64,000 nucleotides of DNA from Octopus vulgaris (Eukaryota): the NCBI GenBank assembly GCA_951406725.2, contig OX597837.1, forward strand, positions 7,316,001 through 7,380,000, given 5' to 3'. This document shows positions 26,991 through 39,412 of the stretch, in pieces. A model generated the notes under the pieces. That model made no database searches. It saw only the letters and a list, made by a program, of their open reading frames with translations, and was not told the origin of the DNA. The position numbers were made by a program, and so were the translations under genes. The first letter of the stretch is position 1; each line of letters begins with the position of its first letter.

Positions 26991-28483
26991 AATTACAGAC
27001 ATACGTTCGTACATACAGGAACACAGATGAGTATGTACAGCGGCAGTAGTAGTAGTAGTAATAGTAGTAGTGGTAGTAGAAAGAGCAACAACAGCAACAA
27101 CAACAGCAACACACCCACCAACATGCCTTAGGTTTCGTAAACTAGGGAGCAGACCCCTACTGAATTTTTTTTGTATTATTATTATTTGTTGTTATTACGG
27201 ATATTGTTCTCTTTATTGGTTGCGTTATTATTATTATCATTATTATTATTATTTTTCTAGTTGTTGGGTTTATTTGCGAGTAGATACCTAAAATGTGTTT
27301 TCTGTGCACGGTGTACGTATGTATATATATATATGTGTGTGTGTGTGTAAACATGTACGTATATATATATATGTGTGTGTGTGTGTACGTATGTATGTAT
27401 GTGTATATATACACAGACACATAGTTGTGTACATATATATATATATATATACATACCCATACATGTATGTCTTCATACATATTCAAATGTATGTGTGCAC
27501 AAACACATATATATATATGTATGTACATACATATACATACATACATATATATGTGTGTGTGTGTATATATAAATAGTGTGTGTGTGTGTATGTGTATATA
27601 TATATATATACACATACATATACATACACACACACACATATATATGTATGTATGCATATGTATGAGCATATATATATATATATGTATATATATATACACA
27701 TGCACACATACACACATGGATCCTCTTCATGTTATGCTTGTTCTAATTACTAAAATTCACGTAATTGTTTATTGTTTAATGTTAAGTTTTATTGCAATTT
27801 TTTTTTTTTTTTTTTTCATTTTCCACCATTTATTTAAATATCTAGAAATTGTTTTGTCGCTAAATATTCATTGTGTTTGTTTTTAACCAAATAATAATAA
27901 TAATAATAATAATAAAGAAAAAAATTCCAAAAAAAAACGTGAAATGGTTAATTGGCAATCACACCAACAGCACCATCAGCATCATCATCATCAGCATCAG
28001 CATCATCATCATAATCACCATCATCAGCATCACCAATCAATTTAATTGCAGCCAAGCTAAGAACATTAGTGAAATAAAAATATTTGCTAAAATTTGTAAT
28101 TATTAATTTCTTTTTTTTATTATCTTCCTTCATTTTTTTTCTTCTTTTTTTTTATTATCATTATCATTTCCACTAGATTAAATTCTGAGATAAGCAAAAT
28201 CCTCTAAAAATTCCTAAATACACACATATATATATGTATATATACATATATATATACATATATTTGTACTCATAACCACACAAATGATGCTAAGAAGACA
28301 ATAAATTTTTTTATATATACATAACATAATTACATAACATTGATGACTTAAAAATTAGTAAAGCATAAAAATGACCATTATAGACTTATTTCAGCTTAAA
28401 ATTTGTATAATATATATAATTTATAGTAATGAGTCATAGCTATCACATATAAAAAAAAATAATGCATATCTATATATAAATAA

Positions 28484-28536
<53 letters not shown>

Positions 28537-28761
28537 TATATATGTATTTATATATTATATGTATTATATCTATACATAACATACTACAATATATATAATC
28601 TAATATGTCTAACATAAAATTTATGTACTACAAATACACACATAATATATAATATATAGGATACATACACACACTTCATATTAAAGGGTTAATTTTTAAA
28701 ATGTAGGATTCTTTTAAACATTGAATGGCTGAGAAGGGTCAACTGAGTAAATTAGGGGCCT

Positions 28762-29530
28762 GTAGGTAAAAATTGGTTGAGAAACACTAATAAGGATAAC
28801 CTATCAATTAGATTTTGTTGACCAAAATTTCTTTTGCAATGCTTCTGGCTGAGACAAAGAATTCATTGCAGAAAATATTTTTCAAAGATTTTGCAAATTA
28901 GGACTAAATTTGGAACTACTTTTTAACCAGTCTAATTTCTTAAACACAGCCATGTTTATTGCTCATAGCTATAGTCTGCAGACACAAGGAATACTTATCA
29001 TCGTCACCATTTGACCCTTTAGTTACCGTATTTATTTTGAGTTCCTCTGTGATTCTTTTAATTAATTTTTAAAATAACAAAGAATTTAGTAAAATAACTT
29101 AATTATCATTAAACTAGTGTTAGGAACATAAATTGTGACTAAGGTTAGGTGGAAGATTCTAATTCAGAACTTTTGAAAACAAGACATTTGTATTACAGAG
29201 CCAGAGCTGGTTTCAGCTGGGTTGGTAATGAAAGTGTTAAGACCCACATTTCCATGCTTCCAAAATAGGAATCAAAGAGAGCCAATAGGTAAAAAAACGG
29301 TTGAGAAACACTAATAAGGATAATCTATCAATTAGATTCTGTTGACCAAAATTTCTTTTGCAATGCTTCTGGCTGAGACAAAGAATTCATTGCAGAAAAT
29401 ATTTTTCAAAGATTTTGCAAAATGGGACTAAATTTGGAACTGCAATTTAACCAATCTAACTTCTTAAACACAGCCATGTTTATTGCTCATAGCTATAGTC
29501 TACAGATACAAGGAATACTTTATCATCATC
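28762..29530 (+). repeat. ~520-bp-period tandem duplication, also copied at about 56105-56675
   Basis: Block ggttgagaaacactaa...acaaggaatactt occurs at about 28775, 29299 and 56387. Confidence 0.85.
29010..29240. mobile_element. piggyBac-like MITE (TTAA-CCCTTT...AAAGGG-TTAA type ends)
   Basis: Degenerate ends here. Copy at about 56105-56328 ends aaagggttaa and another starts ttaaccctttcg at 56624. Related elements at about 17169-17612. Confidence 0.55.
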
Positions 29531-30278
29531 AATATTTTAAGGCCTACATTTCCAAGCTTGCTAGAGACAGATGGAATCTACAACTGGATGTCCTTCCTGT
29601 TGCCAACCCACACCTGTTTCCAAGCAAGGTAATAATCCCCCCATGGTCAACCATGTTTTCTTTCTGCAGAGAAGTGGAAATGAATTGCACCGCTTGTACG
29701 ACAGTGGCACTCATTTACAACAATCATGCTTTATCACATCAAAGAGACCACAAACACAGACACTCATACATATACATATGTATACATATATGATGGGCTT
29801 CTTTCAGTTTCCATCAATCAATTTCGACTCAGAATGCATCGGTTGGCCTCAGGCTATATAAGAAGACACCTGCTCAAGGTGGGATTGAACCCAAAACCTT
29901 ATGGTTTGCAAGCAAACGTCTTACCACACAGCCATGCCCACATCAGTGGAACCAAAATGGTTCCAACAAGAAATTCAAAGAATTACAAGTCTCACTATGC
30001 TAGTAGATCATACATTAGGATTTCTGGTTAATTAATAAATTAATTAATTACTAAAATGCCAAAGCAATTAGCCTATTTTTCACATTCTTGAGATTCTTGA
30101 AATATATTAATGTAGCACCAGAGTAATAGAAGAGAAATAGGAACTGATTAAAGAATTCTTTGTTTCATATTTAAGCTGTTACCATGGTAACAAAAAGATT
30201 TCCTCAAAAGGTTTTGGATTTCTCAAAGACAAAGTAGAGACTAATACAAAATAAGTGTGCATATGTATACATACATAG

Positions 30279-30383
<105 letters not shown>

Positions 30384-31012
30384 CATATATACATTATATA
30401 TATATATACATATGTACATATATGCATTATATATATACACTATATATAGATATACAATGTATATATGTACATATATACATTATATATATACATATGTACA
30501 TATATGCGTTATATGTATACACTATATATAGATATACAATGTATATATGTACATATATACATTATATATATACATATGTACATATATACACATATATACA
30601 CAAATATAAATATATGTGTGAGTGTGTGTTATATATATACATATGTACATATATGCGTTATATGTATACACTATATATAGATATACAATGTATATATGTA
30701 CATATATACATTATATATATACATATGTACATACATACACATATAAACAAATATAAATATATGTATGAGTGTGTGTATATATACTTGAATATATATATAT
30801 ATATACACACACACACATTATATATACATATATATAGACTATATATTAATGCATATAGATGTGTGTGTATACACATATATACAGACACACATACACACTC
30901 AATGTGAATGTGTGTGTGTGTGTGTGATATAGAAAGATAATACTTATGTATAACTAAAAATAATATAACAAGAAGAAAGAAGTGGGGACCAAAAAGGTGC
31001 CTGCATACATAC

Positions 31013-31159
31013 CCCTAATAAACCTTTTAGATCAGCTTCCCTGAACCGGAAGGGGATATTGGAAACATGAAGGCGTTTGGGACCTGTCGTGCCAACCTGC
31101 GCCACACTAGTGACTGGTGTGACTGCTGTCGCAGGCACTTCACCATCTAAGTCAGTTTG
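31013..31159 (-). CDS. RBFOX1: RBFOX/Fox-1 homologue coding exon, 147 nt, first half of the RRM (QTDLDGEVPATAVTPVTSVAQVGTTGPKRLHVSNIPFRFREADLKGLLG)
   Basis: PKRLHVSNIPFRFR is the diagnostic RNP2 region of the RBFOX family. Acceptor TTCTTCTTTCTCCTTCCACAG, donor GGG|GTATGT, phase 0-0, 49 codons. Confidence 0.97.
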
Positions 31160-31519
31160 CTGTGGAAGGAGAAAGAAGAAAGGAAAGTTATACATTGGTG
31201 CCCTTGGAACATACAAAGTTACATACAAAATACTAATAGGACTGACATCTGTGTGTGTGTGTGTGTGGTTAAATATGTATGTGAGTGCATGTGCATGTGT
31301 GTGTGGTTAAACATGTATGCATGTGTGTGTGTGGTTATATATGTATGCCTGAGAGTGTGTGTGCATGTGTGGTTAAATATGTACACAAGATTGTGTGTGC
31401 GTGTGGTTAAATATGTATGCATGTACATTTATGTGTGGTTAAATATGTGTGTGTGTGTGTGTGTGGTTGAATGTGTGTGTGTGTGTGGTTGAATACGGGT
31501 GTGTGTGTGTGTCTTGTTT

Positions 31520-31822
31520 AAGCCCAGTACTTATTCCATCAGTCTCATTTGCTGAACTGCAAGGTGACAAGAATATAAACAAACCAACAGTTGTCAAGCA
31601 ATAGTGGGGGGCCAAAGACACACACACACACACACACACAAATATGTATGTATATATATAAATATACAAAGGGCTTCTTCTAGTTTCCGTCTACCAAATC
31701 CACTCAAAGATTTGATCAGCCTGAAGCTATAGGAGAAGACACTGGCCCAAGGTTCCACATGGAGGGATTGAACCTGAAACCACATCGTGGGAAAGTAAAC
31801 TTCTTACCACACAACCACACCT
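31520..31822 (-). mobile_element. SINE family B, diverged
   Basis: Shared blocks cccagtacttattc and tttccgtctaccaaatccactca. Confidence 0.7.
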
Positions 31823-32199
31823 GTATGTATATGTATATATACATGATGGGCTTCTTTCAGTTTCCATCCATCAAAACCACTCATAAGGCATTGGTCATGT
31901 TTAGCCAAATAATAGAACACACCCATCTGTGCTTTACAATGGACTGGAACCCAAGACCACAAGATTGGGAGGCAAGCATTTCAACCACAATGCCAATGAT
32001 TAATAAAACAGATTTTGCTTTCATGACAGGAGAATGTGAATGTGTGTAAATGTGTTTGAGTGCTTGTGTAAACAGTATGTGCATGAACATGTATGCGTGT
32101 GTCGGTAGCAATGTGTTCTTTTCTGTAGGTGTTGTTTCACATTATATATTTGTACATTACACAACAATTTGAAAGATTATGCAACATGTTTATAAAATT

Positions 32200-32810
32200 A
32201 TACAATTTATAAAAATTATGAAATTCATAAAACAAAACGTAGAATTTAATAAATTCACACAAAATGCATAAACCTACAGAAAATGTACAAAAATACTGCA
32301 CAAAATGCATAAATCTACATAAAACTGTGCAAAATGTATGAAACTGCACAAAATGCATAATTCTACATAAAACTGCACAAAATGCATAAATCTACATAAA
32401 ACACATGAAACTGCACACAACATATGAAACTTCACAAAACACATAGAACCACACAAATTGTATGAAAACTACACAAAAATTATGACACTGTTTAGAACCA
32501 GACAAGATATATAAAACTATATGAAATGTAAGAAACCATACAAAATGCATAATTCTGCATGAAATTCACGCAACTGCAGAAAACGTATAAAACCATAAGT
32601 AACGTATGAAACTTCACAAAATGCTTAAAACCGGACAAGAATTTATAGAACTACACAAAAACACGAAGCAACACAAAATGAAGAAATTTACACAAACCAG
32701 ACACAAAACTACACAGAATTATATACAGCTACACAAATTTCATAAAACTACATACAAATGTGTTAAAACACAGAAAGTGTGTAAAACTTCACAAATTTCA
32801 TAAATTAGTT
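32200..32810 (+). repeat. Degenerate ~29-nt A/C-rich minisatellite
   Basis: Repeated aaaactgcacaaaatgcataaatctacat. Confidence 0.7.
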
Positions 32811-34437
32811 TAGAAATAATAAGAATGCAAAATGCGAGAAAATGTAGAAAAATCTGCATAAATTTCATGGTTATACAGAAAACTTCTAGAAAACTTTCCA
32901 TGGTGTAGAATCACAAGTTTAAAAAAAACATTTGTTTTAGGAAAATTAAAAAAAGAACATTAGATATAGATGCATTTAAACATACAGATATATACACACA
33001 CACTCATATATATAAATATATATATATATAGATATAGATAAGTGTATATATGTGTAAATGTATGCCTAATCCATATGTTTCTATTCAAAGTTTGTGCGTA
33101 TATTATATATACAGATGTACATGTGTGAAGGAGTATATACGCACAAAATCATTCATATACATACACACATACTCACACGCATGCATTTGATACAGAAAGC
33201 AGAAACAGGAGAAGGAAGAAAGACAGAGAATCAGTTTTAAGAAAGTCCCCAGCATATCGCTGGTACTTCGGTTTACTTCATTGAACAACCTAGAATTCAC
33301 AAAATGTCGAGTTGGTCTCCCAAAACATTAAAAACCACAACATAAAAAGAGGAACCCCAAATATTGAGATGAAGTCTTTCATCTCAAAATTATTATTGAG
33401 TGAGAGAGCAGTGCATGCTATCAAAGTGACACTGGGGTAAAATATACAAAGCCCACTATAACCATCATGACTAACCATCTGATAAGGGTACACTAGGCAC
33501 ATGCATCACAACCATATGCATGCGACATGGTGATCTCATATCAAGATAAACAGCACATGACCTTGCAGGTGGGGCCCAGTTAGAATTTTCTTCTGGTCGA
33601 GTAACCCATCCTGCTCAAAAGGTCCTTGAATAAGGATTGTTTAAGGATTTTGAATGAACCACCCATGTTTCCAAAGTAGAATTATTCAAACACCAAAGAA
33701 TACCTCTCAACACATGGCTATGATGCTCCTACCATTATTATTATTACTACTACTACTACTATTGTTATTATTGATAACTGAACAATGCAAACATGCTAAT
33801 AAAACACGTGGAATATATCAATGAGGCTGATGCAAAATATATCAATAATGTTAAAGAGTGTATATATTTTATTCATGTGTAGTTTATTGATGCATACAGC
33901 TTGCTTCTGTAGCTTGCCTAACCATTCACATCCCATCCATTTACACAACACCAGTGCCCCGCCCTCTTGTCCTAGCCTGGTCCATGTTAGGTAAATATGT
34001 TTCCATGTAAGATATATATTATGGGATGTGTGCTTGCATGCCATGTGTTTCGAATCTGAGGTTTGTTATGTTGAAATGAAAAATGAGAGCAGCATGGAAG
34101 ACACCCGAGTTAGCCATTCAGAAAACAAATGAAGAGTGTTGGCTTTAATTTAAACATTTATTGTTTGTGATGTGGTGTCAAAACTTTTGTCGCTTGCCTG
34201 AAACTGTGACCTGGTCACAGACAAAATTTGTACTGCATCTCACCCTCCTCCCTTCTCTCACTGTATATATATATATGTATGTACATATGTGTATGTATAT
34301 ATATATATATACATACACACATATATATATATATATGTATATATATAAGAATATATGTGCGTGTATATGTATATATGTATGTAGATATATATATATATAT
34401 ATATATGAGAAAGAACGAGAGAGAAATAGATGCACTT

Positions 34438-34468
<31 letters not shown>

Positions 34469-34686
34469 GTGTGTGTATATATATATGTGTGTGTGTGTGT
34501 ATATATGCATGTATATATATATGTATGTAGATACATATATATATATATATATGGGAGAGAGAGAGAGAAATAGATGCACTTGTAGATAAGTGAGTGTGTA
34601 CAGAGAGGGGTGAAGATGTTAAAGTTTATTCTTCCAGCCTAATTATAAATTTAGGCCAGAGCTATTACATACGTATATACACTCAC

Positions 34687-34728
34687 ACAACATCCCTCAA
34701 ACTGCCATAACGGCCGGCCGGCCAGCAT
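34687..34728 (-). CDS. Candidate alternative first coding exon (MLAGRPLWQFEGCC)
   Basis: ATG followed by 14 open codons ending in phase 0 at a consensus GTGAGT donor, in a GC-rich island. Confidence 0.25.
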
Positions 34729-34762
34729 AGTTTTTTAAGTGAAAGAGATACGTGTGTGTGTG

Positions 34763-34794
<32 letters not shown>

Positions 34795-34853
34795 AAGAGA
34801 GAGAGATAAACATGTAAATAGATATATGCATGTGTATATCTGTATGTTAGTGT

Positions 34854-34938
<85 letters not shown>

Positions 34939-35529
34939 TGTATATACATATACATGTGTGTATATATATATATATATTGGGAGAGAGAAAGAGAAAGATG
35001 TATATAAATATATGCATATGTGTATAGATATATATATAGGGATATATACATATGTGTGTATATGTTTACACACGTGTATGTTTTATCCTATTGTGTGTGT
35101 GTGTGTTAGTATACTACTATTCCCTTATTTTCAGTGTGTGTGTGTGTGTGTTTGTATATATGGGAGTGGGTTTGGTGTGAACATGTGTGTGCATATGGAT
35201 TCAGTGTGAATCAACAAACCCAAGTGTGACGTGTGTACGCGTGTATAGGATGTGTATGCGAGGCATGAATACCAACGTGTGTAAAATCGCGTCTGTATGT
35301 GTGTGTAATGTACACATGCATGTATATGTATAACAAGTATGCGTGTGTGTGTGTGTGTGTGTGTGTGAATGGGTGGGTGGGTGTTTGATAGTAGGTACTA
35401 ACAATGGCGAGAAAGGAAGAAGAAGAAGAAAAGTGAGAGTAATCGGAGGACAGACGGAGAGTAAGGGGAGGAGATGATTCACACAGTTAGTCATGTGGGT
35501 TTCTGCTGACATTTAGCAAACTCTCAAAC

Positions 35530-35580
35530 CTCTGTCCCATTCCTAGGCCTGACGCCGCACCAGTGTTCTATATAACACTT
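35530..35580 (-). CDS. Candidate 51-nt cassette exon (KCYIEHWCGVRPRNGTE)
   Basis: TGTTTACCAG acceptor and GAG|GTTTGA donor (weak). Only the phase-0 frame is open, and that is the frame required. Confidence 0.35.
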
Positions 35581-36444
35581 CTGGTAAACACACACACACA
35601 CACAGAGGACAACATACACACAGAGGAAAAACACACATGCACCACACACACACACACACACGCTGCATCTCCCGCCACCAGACCATACCATTCTAAACTC
35701 ATTATATATCAATCACACAGAAAATTGTTACAATTACAATCTATTATCATTATTATCATTATTATTATTGTTATTATTATCATTATTATTATTATTATTA
35801 TCATTGTTTGTTATTATTATTATTATTATTATTGTTATTATTATCATTATTATTATTATTGTTATTATTATTAGTTGTTATTTTTGCTACTATTATTGTT
35901 GTAGTTATTATTACTATTATCATTATCATTATTATTATTGTTGTTGTGTGAGAGCTTGACATTTGAACACACAATGGCAACTTTTGAAAGTTTACAGATG
36001 GTTTTAAAGGGGGGTGGCGGTAGGACATGGCAGAACTTTCGAGATACTAAATAGGTTTGGGTGAGAGTGGCGATGGAGGAGATGCAAGACACACACACAC
36101 ACACACACACACTCTCACAGATTCATACATTTATGCATGAAATACAAAGAAATACATACACAAGCAAGGCACACATACATACACACACACACACAAACAC
36201 AACACATGGATGCTCACAATTTATTTTATTGACATTTAAACACCAAATACACACACATACACACTCACACACACATACATGTACATGCACAGATGTATAC
36301 TCACATACAGACAGATGTATGGATGAAATAAAGAAAGCACACACATATACATATATAAACACACACACACACACATATGCTGTACACATACGCAAACAAA
36401 TGGATGAAGGCTGTACCATTTATGTTATATGGCATTTAAACACT

Positions 36445-36494
<50 letters not shown>

Positions 36495-36587
36495 AATATA
36501 CACACATACATATATATACACATATATATATATACACACATATATATATATACACACATACATATATATACACATATACACATATAT

Positions 36588-36622
<35 letters not shown>

Positions 36623-36639
36623 CATACATATATATATAT

Positions 36640-36677
<38 letters not shown>

Positions 36678-37249
36678 TCACATATAATTTATAAACTGAA
36701 CTGGTTACATAAATGAACACATATTCAGCAAGGCAAAATTTAAGATCAAGCTATTTTAGCATCAAAATGTCACACACACACACACACACACATGCACACA
36801 CAATCTCACTCTTCCATTCCTACATCAATAGACATGACCCACACACTGAAGCATAGAAATCAAACATTTACAAACACACACAGACATCAGATACACACAC
36901 ACACACACACACATGTACATAGATACATACAAAAAGATATATAAATACATACACACACATACATACAATTACACACGCAAAAAATCAATATATATATATA
37001 TCTCCATACACACATACACAAAAACATATATATATATATATATATCTTCAGACACATATCCAGTATCTACACACATATATATACACACAAAAACATATAT
37101 ATATATATTTATATATATCTTCAGACACATATCCAGTATCTACACACATATATACACAAAAACCGCACAGCTGGAAAGGACAACAGCTATGTAAAGAAAA
37201 AAAGAGCAAAAGGAGGTTAAAAAATACAGAAGAAAAATGAGAGCACAAT

Positions 37250-37281
<32 letters not shown>

Positions 37282-37512
37282 CACGTAGATATGCAGATAT
37301 GTATGTATGTATATATATGTATAAGAGAAGGGGGAGGTAATCCAATGTGCATGGTGATATTGACTGCATGCTTGTCTCATCTTAGCTGAGAGCTTTTTAG
37401 AACTGAAAAGCATTTCCAGTCTCAGATTTCTCACAGAAATTTAAAGCAATTAGTTACTATTTTTATCAATACACTTCCAGACAGTCACTTCCAGAAAGAC
37501 TCACATTTTCAC

Positions 37513-37551
<39 letters not shown>

Positions 37552-38149
37552 GATCTATTTTTTACTGACTTCTCTTTTGCTTAATAGAAACATTTTGGCA
37601 TTTTCTATTTTTTCTTTTTCTATTTTTTTCATGTGCCAATCTCTTTCTCTCTCTCTCTCTAAAAGATTGGTTTGTATCAATGTTTATTTTGGAGATACAT
37701 TTGATAGGAGAGAGAAAAAAATAGTTTTTCTCCCCCTTTTTCTTTTTTTAAGTAAATTTGGGTTTATTAGGTTTAGCAAGAAAAGTATACATTCAGAAAA
37801 AAAAAAATTTTTTTTTTAAATTTGTATCCAATTTCCAATTCCTTTTTTTCACATTTCTTCATGCATTGCAATTTTTTTTTTTTTTTTTGCTAAGATGAAG
37901 AAACGTTATCATCGTTATTGAGTGGTGAACTGGCAAAATCGTTAACATCCTGGGCAAAATGTTTATTCATGTTTCATCCCTCTTAACCCTGAGTTCAAAT
38001 TCTGCCACGGTCAACTTTGCCTTTTGTCCTTTCAGAGTCGACAAAATAAGTACCATATGGCATAATGGTTAAGAGCGCGGGCTACTAACCCCAAGATTCC
38101 AAGTTCAATTCCAAGCAGTGACCTCAACAATAATAATAATAATGATAAT

Positions 38150-38398
38150 AATAGTTCATTCATTTATTGGCCACAAGGGCTAACAAAAATCAATTAAAAC
38201 ATAAAGGGACAAAACACAGGGCGAAAGTTACAAAGGGTTTTGTCCGTTTGAAAAAAGTCCGTGTACAAAAGCAGGATGACAACGAAATATAAGTAACAAT
38301 TAAAACTCCCAATAGGGGGGAGGCACTTCGAAAGGGTTACTCGTGGAAAAACCCATAAAAGCCACGGGAGCCTGGTCAAAACGGGGGTAGAGAGCCCC
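38150..38398 (-). mobile_element. Second, shorter copy of the same LINE 3' UTR, inverted, inside the tRNA-headed element
   Basis: Reverse complement of about 39146-39370, with an (AAT)n tail at 38128-38153. Confidence 0.75.
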
Positions 38399-38446
38399 TA
38401 TCGAAAAATACCTTAGGAATGGGAACCCAGGTTCAAAATTTCCCAA

Positions 38447-38492
38447 GACAACTGATGAAGGCTGGAGAGTATAACAGCCGAAACGTTGTGTT
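38447..38492 (+). ncRNA. Minimal hammerhead motif inside a tRNA-headed retroelement
   Basis: GACAA-CTGATGA-A-GGCTG(gagagtataa)CAGCC-GAAA-CG-TT-GTGTT. One stem-I mismatch next to the core. Confidence 0.55.
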
Positions 38493-38877
38493 AACAACAA
38501 ACAAGATGAGGACAAATATCCATCAAATGTAAATAATGTAAATAATGAAAATAAGTACCAGTTGAACACTGGGGTCAATGTAATCAACTAACCCCTTACC
38601 TGGAAATTTCAGGCTTTATACCTATATGATTATTAATATTATTTTTATCATAAGCTGGCAGAAACATTAGCATGCCGGGTGAAATGCTCAGTGGTATTTC
38701 GTCTGTCTTTTTGTTCTGAGTTCAAATTCTGCTGAAGTCGACTTTGACTTTCGGGGTCAACAAATTAAGTACCGGTAGCATACTGGAGTCAATCTAATCG
38801 TCTGGCCCTTTCCCCAAATATTTTGGGCTTTAGGCCTAGAGTAGAAATTAATATTATTTTTATTATTATTATTATAG

Positions 38878-39373
38878 ACCGTATTCTTGTGCCTAGTGGC
38901 TGTGGCAAATGAGGTTGTATGGTGGACTCGTTTGAAAGGGCTAAAGTCAGACACTTTCCTCTTTGCTCAAGGCCTCATCAACTTTTTCAAGTTTCACTTG
39001 AAAAGGAAGATGAGGTTAGAGAGGAGAGTGCTGTCTAATAGCAAGTTTTCTGAAAGGTGGGTGAATTGTGCAAGAATGGCCAATATAAATGGACCAATTC
39101 TTAGGTTTCGCCTGTAATTGAAAAAGGTATTATAAAAGGAGAATGGGGCTCTCTACCCACTTTTGACCAGGCTCCTGTGGCTTTTATGGGTTTTTCCAAG
39201 TGAGACCTTTTCTTTTTTTGAAGCATCTCCTCTATTGGGAGTTTTTCATTGTTATACTGCTTTTTACTGGTTTTTTTTACACAAACGGACAAAACCTTTT
39301 GTAGCCTTTCATCCTGTTTTGTCCCTTTATGTTTTCCAATCATATTTGTCAGCCCTTGTGGCCAATAAAAAGA

Positions 39374-39411
<38 letters not shown>
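38878..39411 (+). mobile_element. 5'-truncated L1/Tx1-like LINE 3' end in an (ATT)n tract
   Basis: Residual ORF ...VAVANEVVWWTRLKG...SKFSERWV resembles Tx1/L1 ORF2 C-termini, followed by a 3' UTR, AATAAA and an (ATT)n tail. Confidence 0.55.

Positions 39412-39412
<1 letters not shown>

Larger units (their letters stand above)
38056..38547 (+). mobile_element. tRNA-headed SINE-like element with hammerhead motif and 13-bp target-site duplication
   Basis: A box TGGCATAATGG, anticodon-like arm GGG-CTACTAA-CCC, B box AGTTCAATTCC, tail (AATGTAAAT)n. AAAATAAGTACCA is duplicated at 38043-38055 and 38548-38560, splitting a host SINE. Confidence 0.75.
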
